Notes under the pieces: model-generated | Databases searched by the model: none | What the model was told of the DNA's origin: nothing | What the model saw: the letters and a program-made list of their open reading frames with translations, nothing else | Part shown: one piece after another, positions 28,017 through 37,038 of the stretch | Layout: each line of letters opens with the position of its first letter | Position numbering within the stretch: the stretch's first letter is position 1 | Source of the DNA: Acidobacteriota bacterium | Lineage (GTDB): Bacteria; Acidobacteriota; Blastocatellia; Pyrinomonadales; Pyrinomonadaceae | DNA length: 64,000 bases | NCBI GenBank assembly: GCA_031430435.1 | Contig: JANPBM010000044.1 | Location: 8,904-72,903, forward strand | Direction of reading: 5' to 3' | Made by a program: the position numbers and the translations under genes

Positions 28017-29018
28017 TCAGTATTTTGCCAACCGTCTCGCGGCTTCGACAATTTCGTCCGGACTCGGTAAATAATAGTCTTCCATTTCGGGTGCGTGCGG
28101 CACAGGCGCGTCAATCGAGGCAACGCGGATAACCGGAGCATCAAGCCATTCGAACGCTTCTTCGCCGATAATTGCCGAAAGTTCGCCGCCGATTCCGCCC
28201 GTTAAACTGGCTTCGTGCAAAATCATGACGCGATTTGTTTTTTTCGCGGTCGCCAAAATCGTTTCTTTGTCGAGCGGCGCCAAAGTTCGCAAATCAATTA
28301 CTTCGACGCTCAAACCGTCTTCTTTTTCCAGTTTTTCCGCCGCGTCCAAAGCGTTCAAAACTTGGTAACCAAACGTGATAATCGACAAATCTTTGCCTTC
28401 GCGGACAACTTTCGCTTTGCCGATTTCGACAATATAATCATCTTCGGGCAGTTCCGCTTTCAAACGCGGCAGTCGATACAGCTTTTTGTGTTCAAAAAAA
28501 ATAACCGGATCGGGATCGCGAATTGCGGCTTTGATTAAACCTTTTGCATCATATGCGTTTGAAGGTTCGACCATTTTCAAACCGGCGGTATTGAGAAAAA
28601 AAGTTTCGGCATTGAGCGAGTGAAAAGGTCCGCCGCGAACGCCCGAACCGCACGGACCGCGAAAAACGGCTTGAATTCCGCCGCAGTTGCGATACCGCGA
28701 TTTCGCCGCGTAATTCGTGAGCATATCGAACCCGCACGAAATAAAGTCGATAAACTGAAATTCCGCGACCGGTTTCATTCCCATCAACGCCGCGCCACAC
28801 GCCGCGCCAACGATTGCCGCTTCCGAAATCGGCGTGTCAATTATGCGTTCCGAGCCGAAATGTTCAATCATTCCTTCACTCAGTTTAAATGCTCCGCCAT
28901 ATTCGCCAACGTCTTCGCCGATTAAAAAAACGCTTTCGTCCTTCGACATTTCTTCCCAAATTCCTTGTCGAATTGCTTCGATGAAATTTACGGCTTTTGA
29001 TTTTTGATTTGGTTCCAT
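28017..29018 (-). CDS. Alpha-ketoacid dehydrogenase E1 component beta subunit (transketolase-like)
   Basis: VFLIGEDVGEYGGAFKLSEGMIEHFGSERIIDTPISEAAIVGAACGAALMGMKP. 333 aa. No E1-alpha gene is adjacent. Confidence 0.8.
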   Translation of the reverse strand: MEPNQKSKAVNFIEAIRQGIWEEMSKDESVFLIGEDVGEYGGAFKLSEGMIEHFGSERIIDTPISEAAIVGAACGAALMGMKPVAEFQFIDFISCGFDMLTNYAAKSRYRNCGGIQAVFRGPCGSGVRGGPFHSLNAETFFLNTAGLKMVEPSNAYDAKGLIKAAIRDPDPVIFFEHKKLYRLPRLKAELPEDDYIVEIGKAKVVREGKDLSIITFGYQVLNALDAAEKLEKEDGLSVEVIDLRTLAPLDKETILATAKKTNRVMILHEASLTGGIGGELSAIIGEEAFEWLDAPVIRVASIDAPVPHAPEMEDYYLPSPDEIVEAARRLAKY

Positions 29019-29237
29019 AGAAAATTACACTTATTTTCCGGTTCTTAAACTCGGTGTTTCTGCGGTAAAACTTTTTCTTACCCCGAACTCACGTTATTTT
29101 ACCCGGTTTTTGCGGCAAAACTGAAATGCCGAATTATGAATTTGTCGGCTTTTGCCGAAAAAAATTACTATCGACGATGAAAGTTTTTGCATCTGAAAAA
29201 TAATGTTAGAATTTATGGAAATCTACGGAGAAATTTA

Positions 29238-30026
29238 ATGAAAAAATTTGTTGTAATTTTTGCTTTCGCGTTACTTTTTGTTATTTTATCGTTTGGGCAA
29301 CCGACCAAAAACGATGAAAAAGCCGAAGCAATTATCAAACGCGCAGTGGAAAAACTCGGCGGCGAAAAGTATTTGAGCGTAAAAACCGTTTACGGCAAAG
29401 GTCAATTTACACTTATCAAAGACGAAGGAAAAAGTTTGCCGAGCAGTTTTATCGACATTATGGTTTTTCCGAATAAAGAACGCACGGAATTTAAGTCGCT
29501 TGGAAATAAAACGATTCAAACGAATTACGACGATAAAGGTTGGATTTTTGAATCTGCCGCAAACGCCGTCAATGACCAAAAAGCCGATGCAATTGAAAAT
29601 TTTAATCAAACTCTTCGCGTCAGTTTAGATAATCTTTTGCGTGGAAATTGGCGTGGCAAGGCAACTCTCGGTTATGTCGGCAAACGCGAAGCAACTTTGG
29701 GCAAACGTAACGAAGTTATCAAATTGCGATATGACAGCGATAAATTTACGGTCGAATTTGAGTTTGCCGTAACCGACGGTTTGCCGATGAAAGCCCTTTT
29801 TACTCGCCTTAGCGCCGAAAATGAAGAGCTGAAAGAAGAAGATCGATACGCCCAATTTATCGAAAATCAAGGCGTTTACTCGCCGTTTATCATCGATCAT
29901 TTTACAAACGGCAAACAAGTCAGCCGAGTAAATTACGAAAGTATTGTCTTTAATAAACTGATTTCGGATTCGATTTTCAACAAGCCGTCCAATTTCAAAG
30001 ATTTGAAAAAAGATTTGAAATTATAG
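29238..30026 (+). CDS. Hypothetical secreted protein
   Basis: The ATG at 29238 gives the signal peptide MKKFVVIFAFALLFVILSFG. The ORF-track start at 29187 is probably an extension. Confidence 0.4.
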   Translation: MKKFVVIFAFALLFVILSFGQPTKNDEKAEAIIKRAVEKLGGEKYLSVKTVYGKGQFTLIKDEGKSLPSSFIDIMVFPNKERTEFKSLGNKTIQTNYDDKGWIFESAANAVNDQKADAIENFNQTLRVSLDNLLRGNWRGKATLGYVGKREATLGKRNEVIKLRYDSDKFTVEFEFAVTDGLPMKALFTRLSAENEELKEEDRYAQFIENQGVYSPFIIDHFTNGKQVSRVNYESIVFNKLISDSIFNKPSNFKDLKKDLKL

Positions 30027-30037
30027 TTTGAAAGAGT

Positions 30038-30781
30038 TTATTTGCCAAGCAATTTATTCGGTATTCCGTCGGATAATTCGTCCAAATTGAGTCGCGTTAA
30101 TCCGCCTGCGTCCGAAAAAGCAAAAGCTCCGGTTCGTCTGCGTTTGCGAAGATAATATATTAAAAACCCAAATCCGCCGCCGAGCAAAACTGCTCCGCCG
30201 ATTCCGCCGACTACCGCCAACATAGTCGAAAGCAACATATCGCCCGTTGTGTTCAGATACGCTTTTTCGGCTTTTGCATACCAATACGGATCTTCGCCAA
30301 GCCATCGCACAACCTTTTGATATTCAATTTGGTCGAGCAACCCGTTCGCCGTTGCTTCGTTGGGCGAATTGAAAACAAACGCGGCATAATTCCCGATTCG
30401 GCGATATGAAATTTGCTCCGATTGCGGTGTTGAAGTTAAAAATTGTTTGAACGTTTCGTCTGATTCGGCGGCAAGTTGCGGGTTTGTAAATTCAATCAGT
30501 AAAAGTTTTCCTTGTTCGTAATCAGCCGAAACGCCTTCGGTTCCGCCATCGAATTTAACCAAATCAACCAACGAACTGTTCGGATATAGTTTCCGCAAAT
30601 CTTTGGCATTGTCAATCAATTTTGCGTTTGACTGAACCTGTTCCCACGAAGGCAAATGCTTGATAATAACAGCAATTCCATCGTCTTCGGAAACTTCCCG
30701 TAACTGCGGAGTTTTAGTTTTTTGAGCAAAAATACTGCTTGAAATCAGCAAAATAAACAAAATATATCGAAAACGCATCAT
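30038..30781 (-). CDS. Hypothetical membrane-anchored protein (signal peptide + C-terminal TM, Gly-rich helix)
   Basis: N-terminal signal peptide, a ~170-aa extracytoplasmic region, and a TM helix MLLSTMLAVVGGIGGAVLLGGGFGFLIYYL followed by a basic tail. Confidence 0.4.
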   Translation of the reverse strand: MMRFRYILFILLISSSIFAQKTKTPQLREVSEDDGIAVIIKHLPSWEQVQSNAKLIDNAKDLRKLYPNSSLVDLVKFDGGTEGVSADYEQGKLLLIEFTNPQLAAESDETFKQFLTSTPQSEQISYRRIGNYAAFVFNSPNEATANGLLDQIEYQKVVRWLGEDPYWYAKAEKAYLNTTGDMLLSTMLAVVGGIGGAVLLGGGFGFLIYYLRKRRRTGAFAFSDAGGLTRLNLDELSDGIPNKLLGK

Positions 30782-30904
30782 GATAATTTCTCCAAACTTT
30801 TAACGATAATAACACCTTATTCGACAAAAAAACAGATATTCAAAAATAAAAACGGCTGATTCGGGCTGAATCAACCGTTTATTATTCAAAAAACAAGCTG
30901 ACTT

Positions 30905-33112
30905 TTAGCCTATTTTCGGTTTAACTTCGTTGCCTTTCGCGTCATTTTTAGCCATCTGGTCGCGGAAAAGATTCAGTAACAAAAGCGTACCGATTCCGCC
31001 GCCGCCGTCGCCTTCGCCGTTTCCGCCCGAAGCCATAATGTCGGGCGTGATACGAACGCCGTGTTCGCCGATAACCTTGAGCGTTTCGACCAAAGCCACG
31101 CCGTTTGCTCCGAGTGCGGCAACTTGTTCTTTATACGCCACACCTTGCGCTTCACCCATTAAACGAACTTTTTCGGCTTCCGATTTACCTGTTTCCGAAA
31201 TGTAATAGGCTTCACCGTCGGCTTCGCGTTTACGCTGTTCGGAGCGTTTGGCAGAAATTTCGACACCGACCGTTGCTTCCATCAAACTCTTTTGATTATC
31301 GGCTTGCGATTTGGTTTTTTCCAACTCGATACGTTTAACTTCGGCTTCGCGTTGAGCATTATACATATTTTGCTTTTGTTCAGCCAAGATTTTTTCGGTC
31401 TGCGTTTTCATCAAATCTTCAGGCAGATGAATGTGGCAAATCAACACATTTACCACGTCAACGTGATATTTCAAAAGCTGAATTCTGACACGAGCTTCGG
31501 CACGTTCTTGCTCTTCGTGGCGATTTTGCAAGTAAGCCATCGCCGAAGATTCGGATGCTTGGTTGCGGAAAATCGAATCGATTAACGGATGCATCACGTT
31601 TTGAATCAATTTATCCGTATTGCCGATTTTTGCGACCATAAACGGAGCATCTTCGGGCTTAACTCTAAATACCACACGGACTTCTAATTGCATCGTAAAA
31701 CCGTCTTTTGAAATTACGGCAAACGGGTCAAACGAACTTTCGACCTTTTCCGCCGTCCATTCAACGGTCATATTTGTGGTCGGAATCGTGATCGGCGTAG
31801 TCGCCAACGTATTGACGTAATACTTTCCGGGACCGACGACGGCTTCTTGAATTCCGCGATAACCGCTTGGCACAACGTATGCTTCGTGCGTTCCGCTGTC
31901 AAGCCGTCTTTCTGCGGGATCGTTTGCCAAAAGCTCGGCTTTCAAAGCGGCGAGCGGTTTATCGTCGCCGTCAACTTCATCAAGTTTTTTGGCGGCGAGC
32001 GTTACTTGTTCAGATTCTTCTTTTTCTAATCGTTCACGCACTTTTCGAGCCATTTCTTCGCGAATCTCGTGCGTCGGGTCTTTGCCGACGTTGGAAACAA
32101 TAACGGCAACTTCGCCCGGACGAACCTCTTTTGCAGAATCCAAAATAACCTTAAACATCAACGGATTGATGTAATAAGTTCCGGGTAAAAGTATGTCTTT
32201 CTGCGGACCGCGTTGACCGCCTTTTTCGATAAAAGTGTTACTGTCTTGGAAATTATCGTGTCCCAAAACAGGCTGTGCAACGTAATCTTTCGGATCAAGC
32301 GGCGAACCATCCAAGGCTTCAACCAATCCGACTTGGTTTTCGGTAATCAAAGTTGCGTCAACCAATCGAACCGTAAAAAGTCCGGGTTTTTGTTCGTTTG
32401 AACCGTTAGCCGAAATTGATTGCGTATGAATCCGATACGTTCCCGGCGTGAGCAAATCAACTTGCGGACCTTTTTGACCGCCGTTTTGCAAGAAAATTTC
32501 CGCATCTTGAAAGTTTTTATGTTCGTGAATCGCCTTGCCGTGTAATCTGCCTTGGTCAAGTTGTGTGCCGTCGGCAGATGTAATAATTCCGATTTTTCCC
32601 GGAGGAATCAGCGTTGTTTTGGCAATCGAGACATTAAAAAGATACGGGTGAATCGCCCATTTTCCGGGCGGCAAAGTGCGTAATTGGATACCTTTTACGC
32701 CGCCTTGTTTGATAAAAGCAATCGGGTCTTGGAAATTGTTGTGAGCATTTGCGGCTCTGTCAGGTGCAAAGTTTCTGCCCATCGGCATCGGTTCGCCGTC
32801 AATTGCTTCGATAATTCCGAGTTCGTCCGCACCGATTTCCACGAGCGGAACTTTATACGAAACACGCTCGATCGGATACATCACAAAATGTAATCCGGGT
32901 TTTAGAACTTCGGCTTGAATACCGACTTCGCCTTCCGTTGCGACAACGCGACCTTGTGCCATTTTTCGCCCAAGATAACGACGTTCTTTAATGCCGACCT
33001 CGGTTGCACCGATATTAACCAAAAATCTTGTGACGATATACCAAGTTATGCCCAAACCGATGAGCAGTAAAACGCCTAAAAAAATTAAACCTTCCATGTA
33101 AATTTTTCTCAA
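30905..33112 (-). CDS. SPFH/band-7 (flotillin-like) protein with three internal tandem ~65-aa repeats
   Basis: N-terminal TM helix. The SPFH start is VGIKERRYLG...PGLHFVMYPIERV. Three repeats follow, of the form (DG.PLD...HDNFQD...FI..GG..GPQ...L.PG.Y.I.P). The SPFH domain then resumes, followed by a flotillin-type coiled-coil rich in E/A/K/Q and a C-terminal Gly-rich tail. Confidence 0.7.
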   Translation of the reverse strand: MRKIYMEGLIFLGVLLLIGLGITWYIVTRFLVNIGATEVGIKERRYLGRKMAQGRVVATEGEVGIQAEVLKPGLHFVMYPIERVSYKVPLVEIGADELGIIEAIDGEPMPMGRNFAPDRAANAHNNFQDPIAFIKQGGVKGIQLRTLPPGKWAIHPYLFNVSIAKTTLIPPGKIGIITSADGTQLDQGRLHGKAIHEHKNFQDAEIFLQNGGQKGPQVDLLTPGTYRIHTQSISANGSNEQKPGLFTVRLVDATLITENQVGLVEALDGSPLDPKDYVAQPVLGHDNFQDSNTFIEKGGQRGPQKDILLPGTYYINPLMFKVILDSAKEVRPGEVAVIVSNVGKDPTHEIREEMARKVRERLEKEESEQVTLAAKKLDEVDGDDKPLAALKAELLANDPAERRLDSGTHEAYVVPSGYRGIQEAVVGPGKYYVNTLATTPITIPTTNMTVEWTAEKVESSFDPFAVISKDGFTMQLEVRVVFRVKPEDAPFMVAKIGNTDKLIQNVMHPLIDSIFRNQASESSAMAYLQNRHEEQERAEARVRIQLLKYHVDVVNVLICHIHLPEDLMKTQTEKILAEQKQNMYNAQREAEVKRIELEKTKSQADNQKSLMEATVGVEISAKRSEQRKREADGEAYYISETGKSEAEKVRLMGEAQGVAYKEQVAALGANGVALVETLKVIGEHGVRITPDIMASGGNGEGDGGGGIGTLLLLNLFRDQMAKNDAKGNEVKPKIG

Positions 33113-33654
33113 CTTTGCAAGTTATTTTTGTTTTCTAAAGACTTTCGACGCAAACTTGCAATTTCTTGGTTTAAGCCAAAACTGATGCCCGAAGTCCTTT
33201 GTTCACCGGGAAGAAGCCAAAAATGGCTTTCCAGCATTTGTGCCAAATCTTCTGCCGACAGATTGTTGATTTTGCCGTTATACCAACTTTCCAATACACT
33301 TTTTGCGACATCGTTATAAACAGTTGCGTTCTCGCTTTGTGATGCGATATACAATAATTCAAGCGTATTTTTTCGTGACGGCAAATCTCGCCAAATCGTC
33401 ATAAAACCGGCAACTTTTGATACTTTTTCTTCTGATTCAAGGCGTTTTGTTTCTTGGGTTTTTGCTTTAGCGGTTTCTTTTTCGGCTTTATTAGACGCAC
33501 GAATGTCTTCTTCGGTCGGTTGAAATAAACCGCGAAAATTTTTCGGATTAAGTGTGTAGTTGTTGCCGTGGCGGTCAAAATTTTTGAACGCTAAAAAGAC
33601 ATACGCAGCCGTTGCCGTCGCACAAAATGAAAGGAATATAATGAAGAAAATCAT
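33109..33654 (-). CDS. Hypothetical membrane protein, upstream partner of flotillin-like gene (4-nt overlap)
   Basis: N-terminal TM helix MIFFIIFLSFCATATAAYVFLAF. It is translationally coupled (ATGA) to the SPFH gene. Confidence 0.4.
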   Translation of the reverse strand: MIFFIIFLSFCATATAAYVFLAFKNFDRHGNNYTLNPKNFRGLFQPTEEDIRASNKAEKETAKAKTQETKRLESEEKVSKVAGFMTIWRDLPSRKNTLELLYIASQSENATVYNDVAKSVLESWYNGKINNLSAEDLAQMLESHFWLLPGEQRTSGISFGLNQEIASLRRKSLENKNNLQS

Positions 33655-33725
33655 CTTCGTAAAAGCAAGTCTAAAATAAAACTTCCGAGCGTTGCTTGTA
33701 AAAGTTTATACGATTAGTTTTTGAA

Positions 33726-34373
33726 TTAGTTCAAAATAATCGGTTCTTTTTTCCCGCTCACAGGTTCAAACGGTATAAAATTCATCTCAAACCACGCACT
33801 GAAAACCGAGAAAAATTCACGAAACGCCCAATAATTTTCGCCTGAATACTTGCGACGGTTGGCAGTAATGCCGACAGATTCAACACCGATGTTTTCGCAA
33901 AGGTAAATTGAACGCGCGAGATGAAATTCCTGTGAAACAATAACCGCTTTTTTTACCTCGAAAATTTCTTTCGCACGATAGCAAGTGTCGTAAGTACGTC
34001 TGCCCGCAAAATCTAAAACAATATCTCGTTCGGGAACGCCTTGCCGAATCGCATCATTTTTCATCGCGGTCGGTTCATCATAATCAGCCGACGGATTATC
34101 ACCCGACATCAGTAGTTTTTTTACTTTTCCGGCTTTGTAAAGTTCAACGCCCGTAGTTACTCTGTCAAGCAAAGCGTGCGAAAGCGAACCGTCGTCCCAC
34201 ACCTTTGCACCCAACACAATCGCCACAGAGTTATCGTTCGGAACATCGGTAATTGACCGGTAAATCTTGTTATTTGAATAGCTTGCGACTTGTAAATTGA
34301 TCAGGTAAACGGTCAAAAGTCCGACTGAGCCGAGAATTAGAAGACTCCAAAATGTTCGCCAAAACCATTTCAT
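33726..34373 (-). CDS. SanA/YdcF family protein (DUF218)
   Basis: N-terminal TM helix and AIVLGAKVWDDGSLSHALLDRVTTGVELYKAGKVKKLLMSGDN (the DUF218 core). Confidence 0.7.
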   Translation of the reverse strand: MKWFWRTFWSLLILGSVGLLTVYLINLQVASYSNNKIYRSITDVPNDNSVAIVLGAKVWDDGSLSHALLDRVTTGVELYKAGKVKKLLMSGDNPSADYDEPTAMKNDAIRQGVPERDIVLDFAGRRTYDTCYRAKEIFEVKKAVIVSQEFHLARSIYLCENIGVESVGITANRRKYSGENYWAFREFFSVFSAWFEMNFIPFEPVSGKKEPIILN

Positions 34374-34376
34374 ATT

Positions 34377-35516
34377 TTAAGATTCACGAATCAAAATATT
34401 CCGTTTCGCCAATTCTGCGACAAATTTATCGGAATCAATCGCGTTTTCTTGCGGCGTTGCTCCACGCATTAACACATCGCCTTTCGCCATCATTTGAGCG
34501 ATTATCGAAGCCGGAAACGCGGTTGTCCTCATCATAGCACTCAAACTTGTCGTTTCGTCTTGCTTATCAATAATGTCGAACCGCAAATTTTTAGTTTCAC
34601 CGTTAATTTTGCCGACAAAATCTACTCTGACCAAAACATAATCAGGTTCGTCAGCCGGCAAATATGTGGTTAAAAGGTTGGCTAAAACCTTGCGTGGATT
34701 GATTTTAACATAATCAACCATTATTTCTTCACTCGAACACAAGCCCAAATCAATCATTGTTTTAAACTTCTCGCAATGTCCCGTGTAGCGGATTGTTTTG
34801 TAATCGAGATTTTTAATTTTACCGAGAAATGTTTCAGGCAAGGTCGAAGTTCCGCCCGAAGTCTGAAACGCTTCTAATGGCGGAAAGCCTTCAAACGCAA
34901 GACTTTCGAGTTCGGTCATTGAATCGACTTCGCTGATTTTGCCGTCGCGGATAACTCTGGCAGCTTCGATATATTCATTAATTAGACCTTCGACCGAAAA
35001 AATTAACTGATATTCGAGCAAAGTTTTCGGTTGCTGCGGCAAACCACCGACGCGGATATGGATTTCCTCGATTTCGTCAAAGCGTTTGGCACCGTGCATC
35101 GCCAAAATCGAAACCATTCCGGGAGCAAGTCCGCAATCGGGAATTATGTTGATTCCGGCATTTTTCGCGGCTTCGTCCATCGCCAACTGTTCGTCCACGA
35201 TGTAATTATTTCCGCCTAAATCACAAAAATTTGTGTTAGTTTCAATCGCGGCTTTCGAAAGTTCGGCGTTGTACCAATAATTAACGCAGGAAATCGCCGA
35301 ATCGTGATTTTTCATCAATTCAACAACATCTGCGTAATTTGAAGCGTCGATTTTTACTGCCGTAATTTTGTCTGTCCCGACAAATTCGGCAATTTCAACA
35401 GCTTTCGCCAAATCAAAATCAGCGACTGTTACACCTTTAACGTCCGGCGAATTATGAATCAAATCATAAACCGCGCCACGACCCATTTTGCCTGCACCGA
35501 GAACAAGTATTTTCAT
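34377..35516 (-). CDS. Saccharopine dehydrogenase family NAD(P)-binding oxidoreductase
   Basis: Rossmann motif MKILVLGAGKMGRGAVYDL plus a C-terminal saccharopine-dehydrogenase-like domain. A carboxynorspermidine dehydrogenase cannot be excluded. Confidence 0.65.
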   Translation of the reverse strand: MKILVLGAGKMGRGAVYDLIHNSPDVKGVTVADFDLAKAVEIAEFVGTDKITAVKIDASNYADVVELMKNHDSAISCVNYWYNAELSKAAIETNTNFCDLGGNNYIVDEQLAMDEAAKNAGINIIPDCGLAPGMVSILAMHGAKRFDEIEEIHIRVGGLPQQPKTLLEYQLIFSVEGLINEYIEAARVIRDGKISEVDSMTELESLAFEGFPPLEAFQTSGGTSTLPETFLGKIKNLDYKTIRYTGHCEKFKTMIDLGLCSSEEIMVDYVKINPRKVLANLLTTYLPADEPDYVLVRVDFVGKINGETKNLRFDIIDKQDETTSLSAMMRTTAFPASIIAQMMAKGDVLMRGATPQENAIDSDKFVAELAKRNILIRES

Positions 35517-35643
35517 ATAAAAATTGGCAGAAGCAGTCGGTAGAATGTAGTTTAAGAGAGAAACCGAATTTTAACACCAACCTAAACCGCAAAATATTTT
35601 TTTCAACTGCCGACTGCTGCTTTTACTGCAACTGTCTGCCGAT

Positions 35644-36012
35644 TTAATTCCAGTCGTCAAATTCTTCGGGTTTTTGGGCGGCGATAATTTCGCCCGCATA
35701 TTCCCAAACTTTCTTTTCCCAAAGCTCTGTTTCGTCAAGCAACATCAAGGCAACTTGCGGATGTGCCGCATTTCTTTCGAGCCGCAAAACTTGGGCTAAA
35801 ACCGTAACTTCGTCTTTTGGCTTTTCCGTAACCGTCAAATTAACTTTGCTGCCGACGCTCGGCAAAAGTCTCGGCAAATGAATGAGTGTTCCTTTTTTTC
35901 CGACGTTTTCCGTCAAACCTTCTTCGGTAAGTTTTTCTCCGTTTTCATCTTTCCATTCCACCCTGATGGGGAAGGAAATTAGAAATCTGTCCGCAAATCT
36001 GCGATCGTCCAT
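35644..36012 (-). CDS. PilZ domain protein (putative c-di-GMP receptor)
   Basis: RRFADRF (RxxxR) and NVGKKGTLI (the D/NxSxxG-like motif) at the canonical spacing. 122 aa. Confidence 0.5.
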   Translation of the reverse strand: MDDRRFADRFLISFPIRVEWKDENGEKLTEEGLTENVGKKGTLIHLPRLLPSVGSKVNLTVTEKPKDEVTVLAQVLRLERNAAHPQVALMLLDETELWEKKVWEYAGEIIAAQKPEEFDDWN

Positions 36013-36309
36013 AATAAATTTTCTCCGTGTTTTTTGAATAACCTTAGTGATTGAAATATACGAAATTTTAACGGCATTCGTCTAATCGAAACGTGCAAAA
36101 AATCAAAGATTCGACAAAAGCCTTATTTTATGGTATTTTTAGTCATAATACAATTATTTGAAACAATTTCCGATTGTATTTAACCACGTCAGCAACCCGC
36201 GTCGGTATTCAAATTTGGCGAAGTAATCAGTATTTTTGAAGCCCAAACAGAGCACTAATATGTTCGTGCGATAGCTTACGAAAAAAATCAGAAAGGAGTG
36301 AAATTATTT

Positions 36310-36924
36310 ATGAAAAATCTGGCTAAAGGCAGCGTTCTAATGATGTTACTTGTTTTGTCGGTAGTTTTTTTCTACTCGCAAACGCACGTTGGAGCAGCTT
36401 TCTTTTCGCAAGAAAGCGTAAATGTAATGCAACAAGTTAGTTTTGCGCAACAAGACGATAAAAAAGAAGTTCGCGCACGAGTGGTAAAAACCGAAGAAGC
36501 ATCTGTTGAACCTGCGATTGAGGGCATTGAACCCGAAGGCGTTGAAGGATTGGAAAGCGAAGCGGCTGTCTCGAAAGCGATGTCATTTTCGGCAACCTGT
36601 TACTGTTTGAAAGGACGCACGGCAACCGGAGCAGGAGTTCGACGCGGAATTGTGGCGGCTGATCCGCGAATTTTGCCGCTCGGCACACGCATCAGCGTCA
36701 GCGGTGGTTCACACAGCGGAACATATTTGGTCGCAGACACAGGCGGTGTCATCAAAGGTCGCATTATCGATATTTGGGTGCCGAGTTGCGCCGAAGCAAT
36801 TCGCTTTGGACGCAAACGTGTTTCCGTAACAATTCTCGGCAGAGGCGGAAAAAAAGCATCCGATACAAAAAAAGATAAAGTAAAATCAACCGTTAAAACA
36901 AAAACTATTAAAAACAAAAAATAA
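36310..36924 (+). CDS. 3D domain protein (MltA/YuiC-like cell-wall-binding/lytic domain), secreted
   Basis: SATCYCLKGRTATGAGVRRGIVAADPRILPLGTRISVSGG...YLVADTGGVIKGRIIDIWVPSCAEAIRFGRKRV matches the 3D-domain consensus. The RBS AAAGGAG lies 11 nt upstream of the ATG at 36310. Confidence 0.7.
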   Translation: MKNLAKGSVLMMLLVLSVVFFYSQTHVGAAFFSQESVNVMQQVSFAQQDDKKEVRARVVKTEEASVEPAIEGIEPEGVEGLESEAAVSKAMSFSATCYCLKGRTATGAGVRRGIVAADPRILPLGTRISVSGGSHSGTYLVADTGGVIKGRIIDIWVPSCAEAIRFGRKRVSVTILGRGGKKASDTKKDKVKSTVKTKTIKNKK

Positions 36925-36948
36925 TTTATAACCGTTTATTATAAAAGC

Positions 36949-36990
36949 AAAAAAGGGCGAGCCGAAAATTACGGCATCGTCCTTTTTTAT
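36949..36990. terminator. Bidirectional intrinsic terminator between convergent genes (A6-GGGCGAGCCG...CGGCATCGTCC-T6)
   Basis: Imperfect GC-rich hairpin at 36954-36982 flanked by an A-run and a T-run. Confidence 0.6.
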
Positions 36991-37038
36991 TCCAAACCGG
37001 GTTTTTACTGACCAACTTTTATTATATTTCGTTTCCGG

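Noticed and set aside
29060-29125. Direct repeat TTCTGCGGTAAAACT / TTTTGCGGCAAAACT upstream of the E1-beta gene
   Set aside because: Two imperfect 15-mers only. They could be a regulator site, but there is no supporting context or recognisable consensus.
35520-35640. GCAGTCGG / CCGACTGC 8-mers 60 nt apart between the PilZ and saccharopine-dehydrogenase genes
   Set aside because: Only an 8-bp complement with a long spacer. It is a plausible weak terminator or leader structure, but not distinctive enough to call.
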